Shown: positions 8,870 through 19,308, counted from the first letter of the stretch. The stretch is 64,000 nt of DNA from a virus (IMGVR_UViG_3300036781_000236:23999-87998), one strand, 5' to 3'. Numbers and translations: made by a program. The notes: generated by a model not told the origin, from the letters alone.

Positions 8870-9564
8870 GCGCGTACATCGTGGCAGTTCTTACGCCTGT
8901 CCTCGCGCGCCCTCACCGCGTTGAGCCATTGATCGCTTCCCTGCGTGCCGCGGCCACGATCACTCCATGCCGCCTGGTGTTCATCGCGACAGAAGGAGAC
9001 GACGAGGAGATCGCAGCGATCCTGCCGCACACGGGCCAGCACGGCGATGTGTGGCTGCTCACCGTCTCGCCCGAGCAGGAAGGATGGGGCAGGAAGATCA
9101 ACTTCGGGATGCGGTTCACCACCGAGCCGTTCGTCTTCACCGGGGCCGACGACCTCGACTTCCACCCCGGCTGCTTCGAACGGATGCTCGCCGCGCACCT
9201 CGAAACCCGCGCGTGCGTGATCGGAACGAACGACGAAGCTAATCCGCGCGTCCAGTCGGGCCACCACTCCACCCACATGCTCGTGTGTCGCGAATACGGC
9301 GAGTGCGGCACCGTAGACGCCCCGGACTCGGGGAATATCATGTGCGAGGCGTACGACCACAGCTTCGTTGATGACGAGTTCGTCGCGACCGCACGCGCTC
9401 GGGGAACGTACGCTCACGCGAAGGACGCTGTGGTCGCGCACAGCCACCCGAACTGGGGGACGGCCCCTACGGACGGCACCTACCAGAAGGGGCAGCGGCG
9501 CTTCGCGGAAGACCAGCGGCTGTTCCAGTCCCGCCGGTACCTGTGGGAACAGCGGCTCGCGTGA
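8866..9564 (+). CDS. Glycosyltransferase (GT-A/GT2-like)
   Basis: VAVLTP..RP, KINFG, FTGADDL (DxD-like), HSFVDDEF, VAHSHP. Confidence 0.85.
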   Translation: MSAYIVAVLTPVLARPHRVEPLIASLRAAATITPCRLVFIATEGDDEEIAAILPHTGQHGDVWLLTVSPEQEGWGRKINFGMRFTTEPFVFTGADDLDFHPGCFERMLAAHLETRACVIGTNDEANPRVQSGHHSTHMLVCREYGECGTVDAPDSGNIMCEAYDHSFVDDEFVATARARGTYAHAKDAVVAHSHPNWGTAPTDGTYQKGQRRFAEDQRLFQSRRYLWEQRLA

Positions 9565-9684
9565 CGCGCCCCCAAGCCATCATCGTCGTCGTCTGCTCCG
9601 TGTTGGCGTGCCTGCTGGGTTTGCTCGGTGCGTTCGCTAAAGCGATGGAAGCCACCGAAAGCGCGTCCGACTAGATCACATTTC

Positions 9685-9752
9685 CCACCCTTGACTTCGT
9701 ATAGCAGGGTCGGTACGCTTTCCGGCGTCACGATCCAACCAATCTAGGAGGG
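9685..9752 (+). promoter_or_regulatory. Sigma70-type promoter with motif B in spacer and conserved leader
   Basis: TTGACT-tcgtatagcagggtcgg(17)-TACGCT; leader GTCACGATCCAACCAA..GGAGG. Confidence 0.8.
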
Positions 9753-9759
9753 TGAGCAA

Positions 9760-10510
9760 ATGAAGTCCACCACTACCGAGGATCTTTGCCGGGAGCGCAC
9801 ATCGCTTCGGATGCAGCGCGACGCTTTCAGCGCAGGCCACGAGCCGGCTTCTGTCATGAACCGCCTGCGAGAGATCGAACGGGAGCTTGCTCGTCGCCGA
9901 ACTGCGTAGCTTTGCGGATCGTCGCCTACTGGGCGGCGGTTCGGAGCGCTACCGCTCCCGAAGCAGGAGGGTGAGATACATGAAAGACGCAGTGAAGGAA
10001 ATGACCGTGCCGACGAAAGCGCACAATCTGTGCTTGCTGCCGGTGTTCGAGAACGGCATCAAGGTCGCAAACTGCACCCATCCTCGCGGTACAGAGCATT
10101 TCCACGAGGTTTGGACGAAGAACACCGAGCCCGCTAAGGAGGCGTCGTGAGCCACGGGGCGTTGGTGTTCGTCGCCTGGGCCATGACCCACGGCATGAGG
10201 TGCTGGAGCGAAGTTCACTTGTACGGTGGGCCGTTGGTGGGGACGTGGCGGGAATGGCTGTGCAAATGAGCGCGGACAAGCTCTCAGGATGGGTCGCTGT
10301 CGGCGGCACTCACCCGCTTCGTGGCTTGACGCTATACGGGCCATTCAATACAGCCGACGAAGCGTCGGAATGGGCTAATGAGGAGCTGGGCCAGGTCGGG
10401 GATTGGTGGATCGAGGAGCTTTGGGCGGCGGAGGAGAAGTCATGACTTCGGAGCCGAAGCTGGACGCTGCCGTTGAGGCTCACCGTGCGGTAGAGACGCT
10501 AAGGACTTAG
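9760..10510 (+). CDS. Chain of small ORFs (9760-9909, 9980-10150, 10147-10269, 10266-10445, 10442-10510)
   Basis: GGAGG RBSs and overlapping stop/start codons, bounded by promoter and terminator. Confidence 0.55.
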
Positions 10511-10558
10511 CGGCGGGTGGATCGTGACTGAACCCTCCCTGGTACGCCGCTAACGAAC

Positions 10559-10580
10559 GAGGCCCCCGCAAGGGGGCCTC
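10559..10580. terminator. Bidirectional terminator
   Basis: GAGGCCCCC-GCAA-GGGGGCCTC between convergent genes. Confidence 0.8.
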
Positions 10581-10583
10581 TGT

Positions 10584-11291
10584 TCATCCAGGCCCGAGCG
10601 TCCAATCCACATACAGGGCGCAGTCATCCATGGGGAAGCACACGGCGACACGGCCTGGGTCCACACCCAATCGGTGCTTCTTCCCGAGCAGCGACTGCAC
10701 CAGGTCGGGATGCTGCACGAGGGACGGGACCGACCCGAGCGGTGTCTCGCCGTGGTCGCGGAGGAACCTGCCGATGATCTCATCATCGGCGACGAACGAC
10801 TCGGGCCACAGCTGTTCGTCCACATAACGGAGCAGGGGGTGGATGAGCCGCACGGGCCAGCACGTAGCTACGGCGCTACACCAACGTGCGGTGGTGAGTT
10901 CCGCCCACGACACCCCTCGGGCGCACGCGCGCTCCATCGCCTGCTTATGCTCGTACGGGTTCCCGCTCACGTGGAACACGAGGACCCTGTCCGGCCTCGC
11001 CACTATCGCAGCGACCAGGGCTTCCGTGAAGCCCTGACATAGCTCACCGTCGTCCTGCACGACCATGCGGTGCGTCGGTGCGCCTGCGTTCGTGAATCCG
11101 CACCCGAACCCTGGTGTCGCCTCAAGCACGGCACGGTAGGTGCGCCACGGCGACCGGCGCGGATGATCGGGGGTCGGGTCGAACACCACGTCCGCGCCTG
11201 TAGCGGCGGCGAGTGCAGCGGCCATGTCAGCGCGTGCGGGCGACGCTTGTATCCCGATGCTAACCCTCAACCCAACGTTTAGGTCTATCAC
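10584..11291 (-). CDS. Glycosyltransferase of actinophage type
   Basis: IQASPAR, MVVQDDGELC.GF, ADDEIIGRF, VPSLVQHPD motifs; lies in structural operon. Confidence 0.7.
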   Translation of the reverse strand: MIDLNVGLRVSIGIQASPARADMAAALAAATGADVVFDPTPDHPRRSPWRTYRAVLEATPGFGCGFTNAGAPTHRMVVQDDGELCQGFTEALVAAIVARPDRVLVFHVSGNPYEHKQAMERACARGVSWAELTTARWCSAVATCWPVRLIHPLLRYVDEQLWPESFVADDEIIGRFLRDHGETPLGSVPSLVQHPDLVQSLLGKKHRLGVDPGRVAVCFPMDDCALYVDWTLGPG

Positions 11292-11309
11292 GCGCGCGTG
11301 ACGGGCCTG

Positions 11310-13001
11310 CTATAGCAAGCCGAGCGCGATGAGTTCCGCGATCTCCGCCAGGTCACGGTCGTCCAACGGCTGCTCGCCGAGTCTGCGTGCCACCCACCCT
11401 GCGGGGAAGCCGCTCCCGCCGACACCAGCCGCCACAGTAGGGATCGGCGCTGGGATCGCGGTGAGGAGTGCTGCCAACGCGCCTTCCCCACCGAGCAGCG
11501 CAACCAGACGCTGGTACTCCGTCACCGTGACACTCAACGCACCCGCACCGGCGAGCGAGGCGACAAACCGCTGATACGGGGTGATCGTTGCGTTCAACGC
11601 CCCCGTGCCCATTAGGGACGCAGCGAACCGCTGGTACAAGGTCATCGACGCGGCGAGCGACCCAGCACCTACCATCGCGGCCGTGAACCGCTTATACGGC
11701 GTCACCGCAGCCGACAGAGCACCCACGCCTGCCAGTTGCGGAGCGAGCCGCTGATATGGCGTTACTGTCGCAGACAAAGCACCCGCGCCTGCGAGGGATA
11801 CGAGTATTTGAACGAGCGGGTTGTAGTCCACCGATGCCCACACGTTCGTGACACCAACCGCTTGAAGGTTGATCACGGACTGCAAATAGCCGATCTGCAT
11901 TGATGTGAGCGTCGCGGCTGTCCACGCGCCACCGTCCGGGTCCAGGTACGTGACCAACGGGTAGTACGACGCCCCTGGCTGTGTCGGGTTCGTCGTCCAC
12001 GTCACCGTGTTCGGAGCCAACGACGCCGACATAGCCTTCGTGCCACCACTTGTCTTCTCGATCTGCACCTTCACCGCCGCCGTCGCATCCGCACCAACAA
12101 GGTCAGCGATCCTGCCGCCAACGCACAGCGTGTTGATCGTGTCGAGTGACCCGACCCCAGACGCCCCGACCGCGAACAGGTCGCTCGCGTTCAAAACCGC
12201 AGACGCGTTATACGAGGTCGCGTCGTCCGGCGGCACCTCATTCACCCTAGTCCAGTTATTCGCTGACCCAGCCGTACCTCCCACTTGCACAGGGAACGTG
12301 TTGCTATCACCTGGCGCTGCGGGATGAAGATGGATGATCTTTCCCGGCCCGCACCACGAGTTCTGCACTGACCCTGTAGCGTCATTCACGGCAAGATCGT
12401 CTGCGTACATCACTCCCTGAGTTACTGTAGAGTTAGGCAATCCAACCTGAAATCTCGCCGTAGAACCAGCAACATTGTTAACACCAGACCCAATCACGAT
12501 TCCAGCCGTACCTGGATCGTTACCTGACGTTCCACAATCTGTATATCTCGCCTCATATGTACACGGAGAAACAGTGGCATCTACCTTGAACTCAATACGA
12601 TACCAATGTCCTACCTGAACAATACCGTTAGCGGTATTACCAATGATAGTTCCACCTGTCTGCTGCAAGAAAAGAGCGCCGTTTCCGTTAGTTGCAATGC
12701 TTCCCTGTGCTCCACCTCCTATCGCAGCCCATTGTGCAAATATCTTACGGTTTCCTCCCTCTGAAATAAGAGTGTCGAACAATACATATGCTCTAGAGTA
12801 GAAAACCGCGGATTGGTTCGTCTTAGCAAACGCCCAGTTGATTGTCTGAGCAGCACCAGAAGGCGCGAACTTCCAAGACGCCAGTCCTGACCGAACTTTT
12901 GCGGCTGTCGTAGAGATCGTTACACCAGCAGAAACGGTGTCTGCTTCAACACCTGCGGTGGCGCTCTGAAGTTCTGCTCCGCTTTGCAGGAGACGGGCCA
13001 T
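11310..13001 (-). CDS. Virion structural/fibre-like protein with C-terminal 20-aa repeats
   Basis: Beta-rich lectin-like N-terminal part (GHWYRIEFK, YADDLAVND); 5-6 repeats like AGAGALSATVTPYQRLAPQL. Confidence 0.6.
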   Translation of the reverse strand: MARLLQSGAELQSATAGVEADTVSAGVTISTTAAKVRSGLASWKFAPSGAAQTINWAFAKTNQSAVFYSRAYVLFDTLISEGGNRKIFAQWAAIGGGAQGSIATNGNGALFLQQTGGTIIGNTANGIVQVGHWYRIEFKVDATVSPCTYEARYTDCGTSGNDPGTAGIVIGSGVNNVAGSTARFQVGLPNSTVTQGVMYADDLAVNDATGSVQNSWCGPGKIIHLHPAAPGDSNTFPVQVGGTAGSANNWTRVNEVPPDDATSYNASAVLNASDLFAVGASGVGSLDTINTLCVGGRIADLVGADATAAVKVQIEKTSGGTKAMSASLAPNTVTWTTNPTQPGASYYPLVTYLDPDGGAWTAATLTSMQIGYLQSVINLQAVGVTNVWASVDYNPLVQILVSLAGAGALSATVTPYQRLAPQLAGVGALSAAVTPYKRFTAAMVGAGSLAASMTLYQRFAASLMGTGALNATITPYQRFVASLAGAGALSVTVTEYQRLVALLGGEGALAALLTAIPAPIPTVAAGVGGSGFPAGWVARRLGEQPLDDRDLAEIAELIALGLL

Positions 13002-13014
13002 CGCCCCTCCTACT

Positions 13015-13554
13015 CTACGTCTCGGTGATCGACTCAGCCCCAGACACAATCTGGGGAGTGTCACCGGGGTTGATCGCTGTGCTAGTGATAGAGCACCAGT
13101 ACAGGATGTTTCCGCTCGATGCTGCGTCTAGGATCGCGAAGTAGGTGACGGTCTGCAACGACCCAGCGTTCGTGCCGAACGTGATCGCGACGCTGTTTGT
13201 CGTCGCCGACCCCGCGGTCGAGGTGCTGTAGTTCGACGTGTTCGCGGTGACCGCTACACGGGCGTACCCTGTGTAGGAAGCCTCACCGCTCGAAGCGCCC
13301 GTAGACGACGCCGACAGCGCCGATGTCCACAACGCCTGGTAGAGCGTCGCGGGTGGCGTGTATGTGGTGGCGTTGAAGATCGCGTTCAGCAGCTTGCTGA
13401 CCAAATATTGGCTCTTGCCCGTCACCCACCGCACGAGGTCGCGGAGACCTGTAGAGGTCGGCTTGAACACCACCGCGCCGCCCGTCACGCGGGCGTGATA
13501 GACCCGGCCGTCGCGGCCGTGCCACACCAACCCGTCCAGCGATACAGCGGTCAC
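13015..13554 (-). CDS. Small virion structural protein (actinophage gp80-like fibre family)
   Basis: YLVSKLLNAIF...YTPPATLYQAL, GYARVAV, FAILDAASSGN pattern. Confidence 0.7.
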   Translation of the reverse strand: MTAVSLDGLVWHGRDGRVYHARVTGGAVVFKPTSTGLRDLVRWVTGKSQYLVSKLLNAIFNATTYTPPATLYQALWTSALSASSTGASSGEASYTGYARVAVTANTSNYSTSTAGSATTNSVAITFGTNAGSLQTVTYFAILDAASSGNILYWCSITSTAINPGDTPQIVSGAESITET

Positions 13555-13829
13555 TGTGTGCTCCTGATGTCGTCCAGCACCTTCTGCACGGCGGTCATCT
13601 CGTCGGGGGTGACGCTAACCATCGGAGAGCCGTCAGCAGGCACCAGGAGTGCGTACCGTTCATGCTTCCGGTCAGACCACGACTCGTCACCATCGGTAGA
13701 GACGCGATAGGTGCCGTCGTCGTTCAAGTACAGCCGTTCCCCAAGCGCGTCATAACCCGTGGCAGGGTCGGTGACGACCGAGTAGTGCCACCCGTCCTGG
13801 TAACACACCGGACCCGTGTAGACGGTCAC
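13551..13829 (-). CDS. Hypothetical protein
   Basis: GTGA-coupled on both sides. Confidence 0.6.
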   Translation of the reverse strand: MTVYTGPVCYQDGWHYSVVTDPATGYDALGERLYLNDDGTYRVSTDGDESWSDRKHERYALLVPADGSPMVSVTPDEMTAVQKVLDDIRSTQ

Positions 13830-15931
13830 GTGGCGTCCTCGGTGACGTAGGACTTCGCGCCGGTTTCAGCGTCGTACTCCACCCGGACACGACGCGCAGA
13901 CGCAGCAACAGGCTCAGGGGTCGTGACATGCACATCGACCTGGGCGGCTGGGACATGAACGTCGATTTTCTGCTCAGGCACGTTCACGATGATAGGCGAA
14001 GGCTCCGCCGCCGCCTGCTCCGGCACATGCACCGTGACGTTCGCGACAGGAGCGGGCTGCACAGGCATGTGAACGTCGAAGCGTGGCTCCACCTTCGACC
14101 CCTCCACCGTCACCGCCAAATCGTGCTGTGGGACGTGAACGTGGATGTCGCCAAGTTGGGGCGCTGCGGGTGCAGGACGCGAGGCGAACTCGCGAAGCAC
14201 CCCGAGCGCCGTCAATGCCAATGCGTCCCCGGTGCCGTGCGTGCGCTCCGTATGCGCAGACGCGACGAGGGACGCGATCCCTTCCGTGGTTGCCTTGTGA
14301 GACGCCGCGAGTGCTTCGATACCGGCGCGCAACGCAGGTGACTCCGCTACGTGCGGCAGCGACGCGACGAGCGCCGACACGTCTGGGGAATCAGAGAGAA
14401 GGTTCTGTGTGTCCCCTTCGAGTTCGAGCGGCTGCGTGGCGAGTTCCAGAAGCGTCGCGAACTCAACCTCAGCGGCCGTCTCGTCGGCCTGCTGCTTCTC
14501 CTCCGCTTCCTCCGCGATCCACCGCTCCACATTCGGGAGCGTGAACACGCCTTCGTCGCCTCCTTCCACCCGCGCGGCCACATCGGAGTGGATAGGCTCC
14601 GCGAGTTCAAGGTGCCAGTACTGCAACGCTTGGTCGACGGGATCGAATCCTGTCTCCTGCCCTTCGAGGACACGGTCTTCCTCGTGCTCTGCCCAGTAGG
14701 CGTTCAAGGCTTCCTGGGCGTCCACGGCGATCTCTTCGATCATCACGCCAGCGTGAACATCATGGGCGGCCGCGACCATAGCTTCGTCGTCTGTGGTGAT
14801 TGCTTCCGCACCATTGTTCTTGCGTGCGTACAACTCCGCGAGGGTCGCGCCTTCCACGGCGTCCTCACCAGCCCATGCTGCTACTTCGTCGGCGGTCATC
14901 GGCAGGAACTCGATCTGCGACGCGCACCGTCCCGGCCGGGTGACGGCAGGATGCAGCGTCCCGAGTTCGTCGTTCGTCGTGACCAGCGCGAGTACCCGGA
15001 GGCCCTGCCCGATCATGCCGTCCACTACGTTCAGGAGCCGCGACAGTCCCTGCCCGTACTTCTCCTTCGCGGTAGCGGACAGCAGCTCCCCCGTGTCTTC
15101 CAGGATGAGGACACGCCACTTCCCGAGCGGGTTGCTTTCCGCGTACACGTCGCCGCTGACGGGTTCGAGCATGTCGTAGCTGTCCGCGAGCAGCACGTTG
15201 ATCATGTAGGAGGGGTCGTCCACGAAGAACGAGTCGGGGTCGGTGATGTAGTGGAACTCGGCCCACGGTGCCCACTGCGACGCAAGCGCCCGGAGCGCCC
15301 ACGACTTCCCTGTGCCGGGCTGTCCCTGCCAAAGCAGCAGCTGGCCGTCAACCGTCTCGGGTGCGTCCCACGCCATGAGCGACCCGAGCGAGTCACGGAC
15401 ATGGGAGGTGTAGTTCTGCTCGATGTCGCCCCACTGTGCGGACTCCACACGACGGAGGCGCGGGATAGGGCCGTGCTTGCTGTTCGCCCAGAACGTGATC
15501 GGGACGGTCGCGTTGTCCTGCGTCAGATACGACGCGGGATACGCCTGCCTGAATGCAGCGCATGCGGTGTCTACCTGCGTCTGACTGTCTCCTGCGACGC
15601 GCACATTGAACCAACCGTCCCCGATGCTGATAAGCGCGAGCGCACCGCTGTTTGTCGCTACAACCGCCGATCCCCTGTCTACGAACAGCACGTTCTTGGA
15701 CGGAAGCCCTGCGCTACTAGCTTCGATAGGCCACGAGTCGCCGCCCCAAACCGGCGACTCCCTCTGCAACGCGTGCTCCTTGAAGAACTTCTCCGCTGCT
15801 CCGCCGTACAACATGTCGTACGTCGGGAGCATCGCTGGGGCCGCAGCCGTGAGGCTACGGAACGCGGCACGGCGACGCTGCGAAAGCGTGCGCGGCTGCC
15901 GCTGCCCGACCTTCACACTGGCGCGACCCAC
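13826..15931 (-). CDS. AAA+ ATPase (DUF5925-like) with C-terminal VHVP-repeat tail
   Basis: Walker A GQPGTGKS, Walker B VLILED, LSRLLNVVDG, RPGRC Arg finger; tail IHVHVP/VTVHVP/IDVHVP...RRVRVEYD. Confidence 0.85.
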   Translation of the reverse strand: MGRASVKVGQRQPRTLSQRRRAAFRSLTAAAPAMLPTYDMLYGGAAEKFFKEHALQRESPVWGGDSWPIEASSAGLPSKNVLFVDRGSAVVATNSGALALISIGDGWFNVRVAGDSQTQVDTACAAFRQAYPASYLTQDNATVPITFWANSKHGPIPRLRRVESAQWGDIEQNYTSHVRDSLGSLMAWDAPETVDGQLLLWQGQPGTGKSWALRALASQWAPWAEFHYITDPDSFFVDDPSYMINVLLADSYDMLEPVSGDVYAESNPLGKWRVLILEDTGELLSATAKEKYGQGLSRLLNVVDGMIGQGLRVLALVTTNDELGTLHPAVTRPGRCASQIEFLPMTADEVAAWAGEDAVEGATLAELYARKNNGAEAITTDDEAMVAAAHDVHAGVMIEEIAVDAQEALNAYWAEHEEDRVLEGQETGFDPVDQALQYWHLELAEPIHSDVAARVEGGDEGVFTLPNVERWIAEEAEEKQQADETAAEVEFATLLELATQPLELEGDTQNLLSDSPDVSALVASLPHVAESPALRAGIEALAASHKATTEGIASLVASAHTERTHGTGDALALTALGVLREFASRPAPAAPQLGDIHVHVPQHDLAVTVEGSKVEPRFDVHMPVQPAPVANVTVHVPEQAAAEPSPIIVNVPEQKIDVHVPAAQVDVHVTTPEPVAASARRVRVEYDAETGAKSYVTEDAT

Positions 15932-15934
15932 CGT

Positions 15935-18106
15935 CTACGCCTCGATGGAATCAGCGAGTTCCGCGATCTCGGCCATCGCGGCCTGGCACTCCGCACCGCA
16001 CACGATCCCGGCGGCCGTCAAAGACATCACCTCGGGTGCTTCACCCGACGCGACCACGGATGCGCGGGTGCGGGGGATCGGGAACCCAGGCACGTTGACG
16101 GCGAGCGCGGCGACGAGTTCGAGGTTGCCGTTCACGTTCCGCCAGTCCCCCGACAGTTTCGCTGCCCGCAACACACGGATCGTTTCCTCCGACGTGCCGG
16201 GACGAACAGCCCCCGCGACCCAGATGCCGTGCTCGTCCTCACCGCACGCCACATCCGCCACCACAGTGCCTGTGTGGTCGTAATGGGCGGCCGCGGCGGC
16301 CTGACCCAACCCCGATGACGCATGGCCGGTGCCGAGGGTGATGTTCCCGACTGGGACACGCTCCCCGTCCGCACAGGCGATCTCACCGAGCATGTAGTAG
16401 GCGTAATCGGTCTTCGACCGTGGCGCGTACACGTGGTTGTCTGGGAACGCGATGTGCGGGACGTTCCACTCAGCAGCATGGCCGTACACCTGCCCGTCGT
16501 CGGTGACGGTGAGCGGCTGCGGCCCGTCGAACTCGGGGTTCGCGAACCACTCCACGGGCGGGCGAACGGGGATCTCGGTCTCGACCGCGGAAGCGACCAG
16601 AGCCGCAGCGTTCCGTACCGGGGTGACGCGGTAGCCGCCCTGCGACGTGACTGTCCACATCGCTTCGAGCTGCGTCGAAGCGACCAGCGACGACGCAAGC
16701 TGGATCGTGGCTTCAGCGAACGCCTGGAACGGGCACGCGGTCGCCATACCGATAGTGGCGTCAGCGACGACGATGATCGTGTCGTCGCCCTTCTCCCCAA
16801 ACGCGATGTCGATGAGGGAGGGTGCGTCGGTTTCGTCGTCGGGCTTCGGTGCCCACACGCCTTCCGCGTCGAACCAGTCGCTTTTCGGCCCCACATCGTA
16901 CTGATGCACCGCCAAGTCCACGCTGATGCCGCGCAACGTGCCATCTCCGACCATGCGGGCGATCATCTGCCCGAACTCGCCGTCATCGAACACACCCGAC
17001 GCCTGGATCAGATTCCCTTCGCGCCAGATGTTGTCGATCCGTCCCGCGACCTGAGCGCCATCGTGGCCGCCCTCCGCAGACGTTTCGACCAGGCCCATGA
17101 GGGTGAGCGGCAGGTCACGCCACGAGATGCTGTCAGGAGCGAACGCACGGTTGTCCGCCGTCATCGCGGCCTCCGGTGCAAGGGTGGCGGTCCACTGCAT
17201 CTGCGCAGATGCCTTATCCGAACCTGTCGGCACCTTCGTGATGTCAGGCAAGCGCGGCGACGGGTTCCGCTTCGGGATACGACTCGACGGCTTATGCGCG
17301 TCGATCAGCGGAATACCGTCGTCGCCCGCGAACGTGAGAGCGAATCGTGCGAGGGTGTCACGCAACGGTGTGTCCTGACCGTCACGGACAGTGACGTACT
17401 CCGCGATCTCCGCGATCAGGCCGTCCACCGCAGCGGCAGCGAGGTCTTCGCCGTCCATGTCCGTCGTCTCGAATCCGTCGCAGTCACAACCGAGGGCGGA
17501 GCATGCACCCATGTTGCCGTCGCCGCCATGCATGCCGTCAGGGTGGCCGCAGTCACCGTCAGCGCACACCGCCGTGTTCGCGACGGCTGCCAACTCCTCT
17601 GTGTCGGCCTCGGCATTCGCGTTGTCGTCCTTCCACGGCACGGTGATGGTGTCGTCCTCGTACTTCTTCGCGGCTGCCTTGTAGTAGCCCTCCACTGCCG
17701 TCTTGATCTTGGCCTTGTCGGCGTCCGGGATGTCAGCGCCGCCACGGGCACCCGAAAGCACACCCGCGACCGCGGTGACAGCCTTCCAGACGGCGTGCTT
17801 GCCGCCGTCCTTCGACACGAACGGGAACTTGTACGACGACTTGACCGCAGGGTCACCGTCGGAGTCCTTCCACATGAAGCAGTCCGCGTCGGCGGGAAGT
17901 TCGTAGTCCTTCGTGGCCGCGGGGCCGTCCCACGCCTCGTCGCGCGCGCCGAGCGGAAGACCGTCCGCTCCGCTCGCGTCAGCGGTGATCGCCGCGAGTT
18001 CCGCGACCTGCTCCTCAGTGAACGCAGGGATGCGCTTCTCGGCCGCCACACGTGCGGCGGCCCTACGTGCCCTACGACGAGCCTGTGCGGCTCCAGATCC
18101 AGCCAT
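15935..18106 (-). CDS. Capsid maturation protease (Rosebush-like) with N-terminal extensions
   Basis: TADNRAF, GHDGAQVAGRID, LRGISVD, VYGHAAEW, GEDEHGIWVAG, LSGDWR, ALAVNVPGFP. Confidence 0.85.
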   Translation of the reverse strand: MAGSGAAQARRRARRAAARVAAEKRIPAFTEEQVAELAAITADASGADGLPLGARDEAWDGPAATKDYELPADADCFMWKDSDGDPAVKSSYKFPFVSKDGGKHAVWKAVTAVAGVLSGARGGADIPDADKAKIKTAVEGYYKAAAKKYEDDTITVPWKDDNANAEADTEELAAVANTAVCADGDCGHPDGMHGGDGNMGACSALGCDCDGFETTDMDGEDLAAAAVDGLIAEIAEYVTVRDGQDTPLRDTLARFALTFAGDDGIPLIDAHKPSSRIPKRNPSPRLPDITKVPTGSDKASAQMQWTATLAPEAAMTADNRAFAPDSISWRDLPLTLMGLVETSAEGGHDGAQVAGRIDNIWREGNLIQASGVFDDGEFGQMIARMVGDGTLRGISVDLAVHQYDVGPKSDWFDAEGVWAPKPDDETDAPSLIDIAFGEKGDDTIIVVADATIGMATACPFQAFAEATIQLASSLVASTQLEAMWTVTSQGGYRVTPVRNAAALVASAVETEIPVRPPVEWFANPEFDGPQPLTVTDDGQVYGHAAEWNVPHIAFPDNHVYAPRSKTDYAYYMLGEIACADGERVPVGNITLGTGHASSGLGQAAAAAHYDHTGTVVADVACGEDEHGIWVAGAVRPGTSEETIRVLRAAKLSGDWRNVNGNLELVAALAVNVPGFPIPRTRASVVASGEAPEVMSLTAAGIVCGAECQAAMAEIAELADSIEA

Positions 18107-18184
18107 GACCGATTCCCCTTTTCCAGATGGACGGTGAAAGTTCCGTGGGCCGTAGGCTAGCGCGGCGGGGTGGTAGCTCCACAC

Positions 18185-18245
18185 CCACCCTTGACTTCGT
18201 ATAGCAGGCTAGGTATGGTTGGGGAGTCACGATCCACCAAGGAGG
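18185..18245 (+). promoter_or_regulatory. Sigma70-type promoter with motif B in spacer (near copy of 9685-9752)
   Basis: TTGACT-tcgtatagcaggctagg(17)-TATGGT; leader GTCACGATCCACCAAGGAGG. Confidence 0.8.
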
Positions 18246-18251
18246 CACACC

Positions 18252-18650
18252 ATGAGCAAAGAAACACTTCTGCTTCAGGAGTACGGGTTCGGCGGTAAGC
18301 GCGTTCCCGATCTCACCATCGAGGTTGAGTACCGCAAAGCGCCGTACTACGACCACGACACCACCTACGCGCCCGACCATCGCGGCAAGACGCTGACGGC
18401 GTACGACGTGTATGTGGACGGAACCCTCACAGGACGTATCCGTCAGACCATCGCGTCAACGGACAGGAACTACAACACGATCCGTGTTCCTGGACGCGGC
18501 AAAATCGCGTGGTCGTGGGATCGCAAGCACACAGCAGGACCGAACCGACAGGATCGCACCAGCAACTACCCTGGCCTCTACAGAACTTCCAAGCGCTCCG
18601 CGGTTGGCGACATGATGGGATACGGATGCGCCACGAAGGTTGCATCGTGA
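18252..18650 (+). CDS. Hypothetical protein
   Basis: Strong RBS, first gene of an inverted island. Confidence 0.7.
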   Translation: MSKETLLLQEYGFGGKRVPDLTIEVEYRKAPYYDHDTTYAPDHRGKTLTAYDVYVDGTLTGRIRQTIASTDRNYNTIRVPGRGKIAWSWDRKHTAGPNRQDRTSNYPGLYRTSKRSAVGDMMGYGCATKVAS

Positions 18651-18850
18651 GTGTCGTCGCGCGAGTCTACGACAGCGGCGGCATCACGGAGCACACCGAC
18701 ACCGTGCAGATCGCCACGCTCGTAGCGTCACTCAACCTCGCAGGCTTCGAGATGAAGCCTCACGGATCAGTTAGGGATCGCGTGCAGATGCGTAACGAAG
18801 CAGCCGGTGTCGACATCACCCTGTCCCTTCTCAAGAACGAGGATGCATGA
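18647..18850 (+). CDS. Hypothetical protein
   Basis: GTGA/ATGA coupling on both sides. Confidence 0.6.
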   Translation: MSVVARVYDSGGITEHTDTVQIATLVASLNLAGFEMKPHGSVRDRVQMRNEAAGVDITLSLLKNEDA

Positions 18851-19308
18851 GCTACGACTTCTCCGCACGTATCGACACGGGCGGCCCGTACCCGCACTAC
18901 ATCGAACCGTCCTTTGATGACACCCACCCTGGTCTAGCTACCAACGGGGTCGAGGGTTCCACCGTGGCCTTCTACCCGGAGGGAGGTTACACCCGCATCG
19001 GGAACTACACCTCGAATGTCTCCCCGATCTGGGCGCGCTGCCTCACGAAAGCCGCGCTCAGCATCCGGTACCCGAAGCACCTCCCAGACGGGGATATGTG
19101 GCTGTCCGACATCGACGGCGAACGCCTCGGTGACATCACGACGCTTCTCCACGCCGCCGTCGAGTACGGCATCGACCACCTCGAAGATCTGCGCGAACTG
19201 GAACCCGAGAACAGGTGGGGAAACGCGGAAGGCGCGATCACCTACCTGTGGGACATCCAGCGGTTCAGCGAGATGCACCCCAACGCGTTCCTGAGTCTGA
19301 ATCGCTAA
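18847..19308 (+). CDS. Conserved-looking phage protein
   Basis: GNYTSNVSPIW...PENRWGNAEGA..YL motif; followed by terminator. Confidence 0.7.
   Translation: MSYDFSARIDTGGPYPHYIEPSFDDTHPGLATNGVEGSTVAFYPEGGYTRIGNYTSNVSPIWARCLTKAALSIRYPKHLPDGDMWLSDIDGERLGDITTLLHAAVEYGIDHLEDLRELEPENRWGNAEGAITYLWDIQRFSEMHPNAFLSLNR

Noticed and set aside
6613-18160. Long plus-strand ORFs (6613-8367, 14351-16318, 16322-18160)
   Set aside because: Antisense shadows of high-GC genes, with no motifs or RBS
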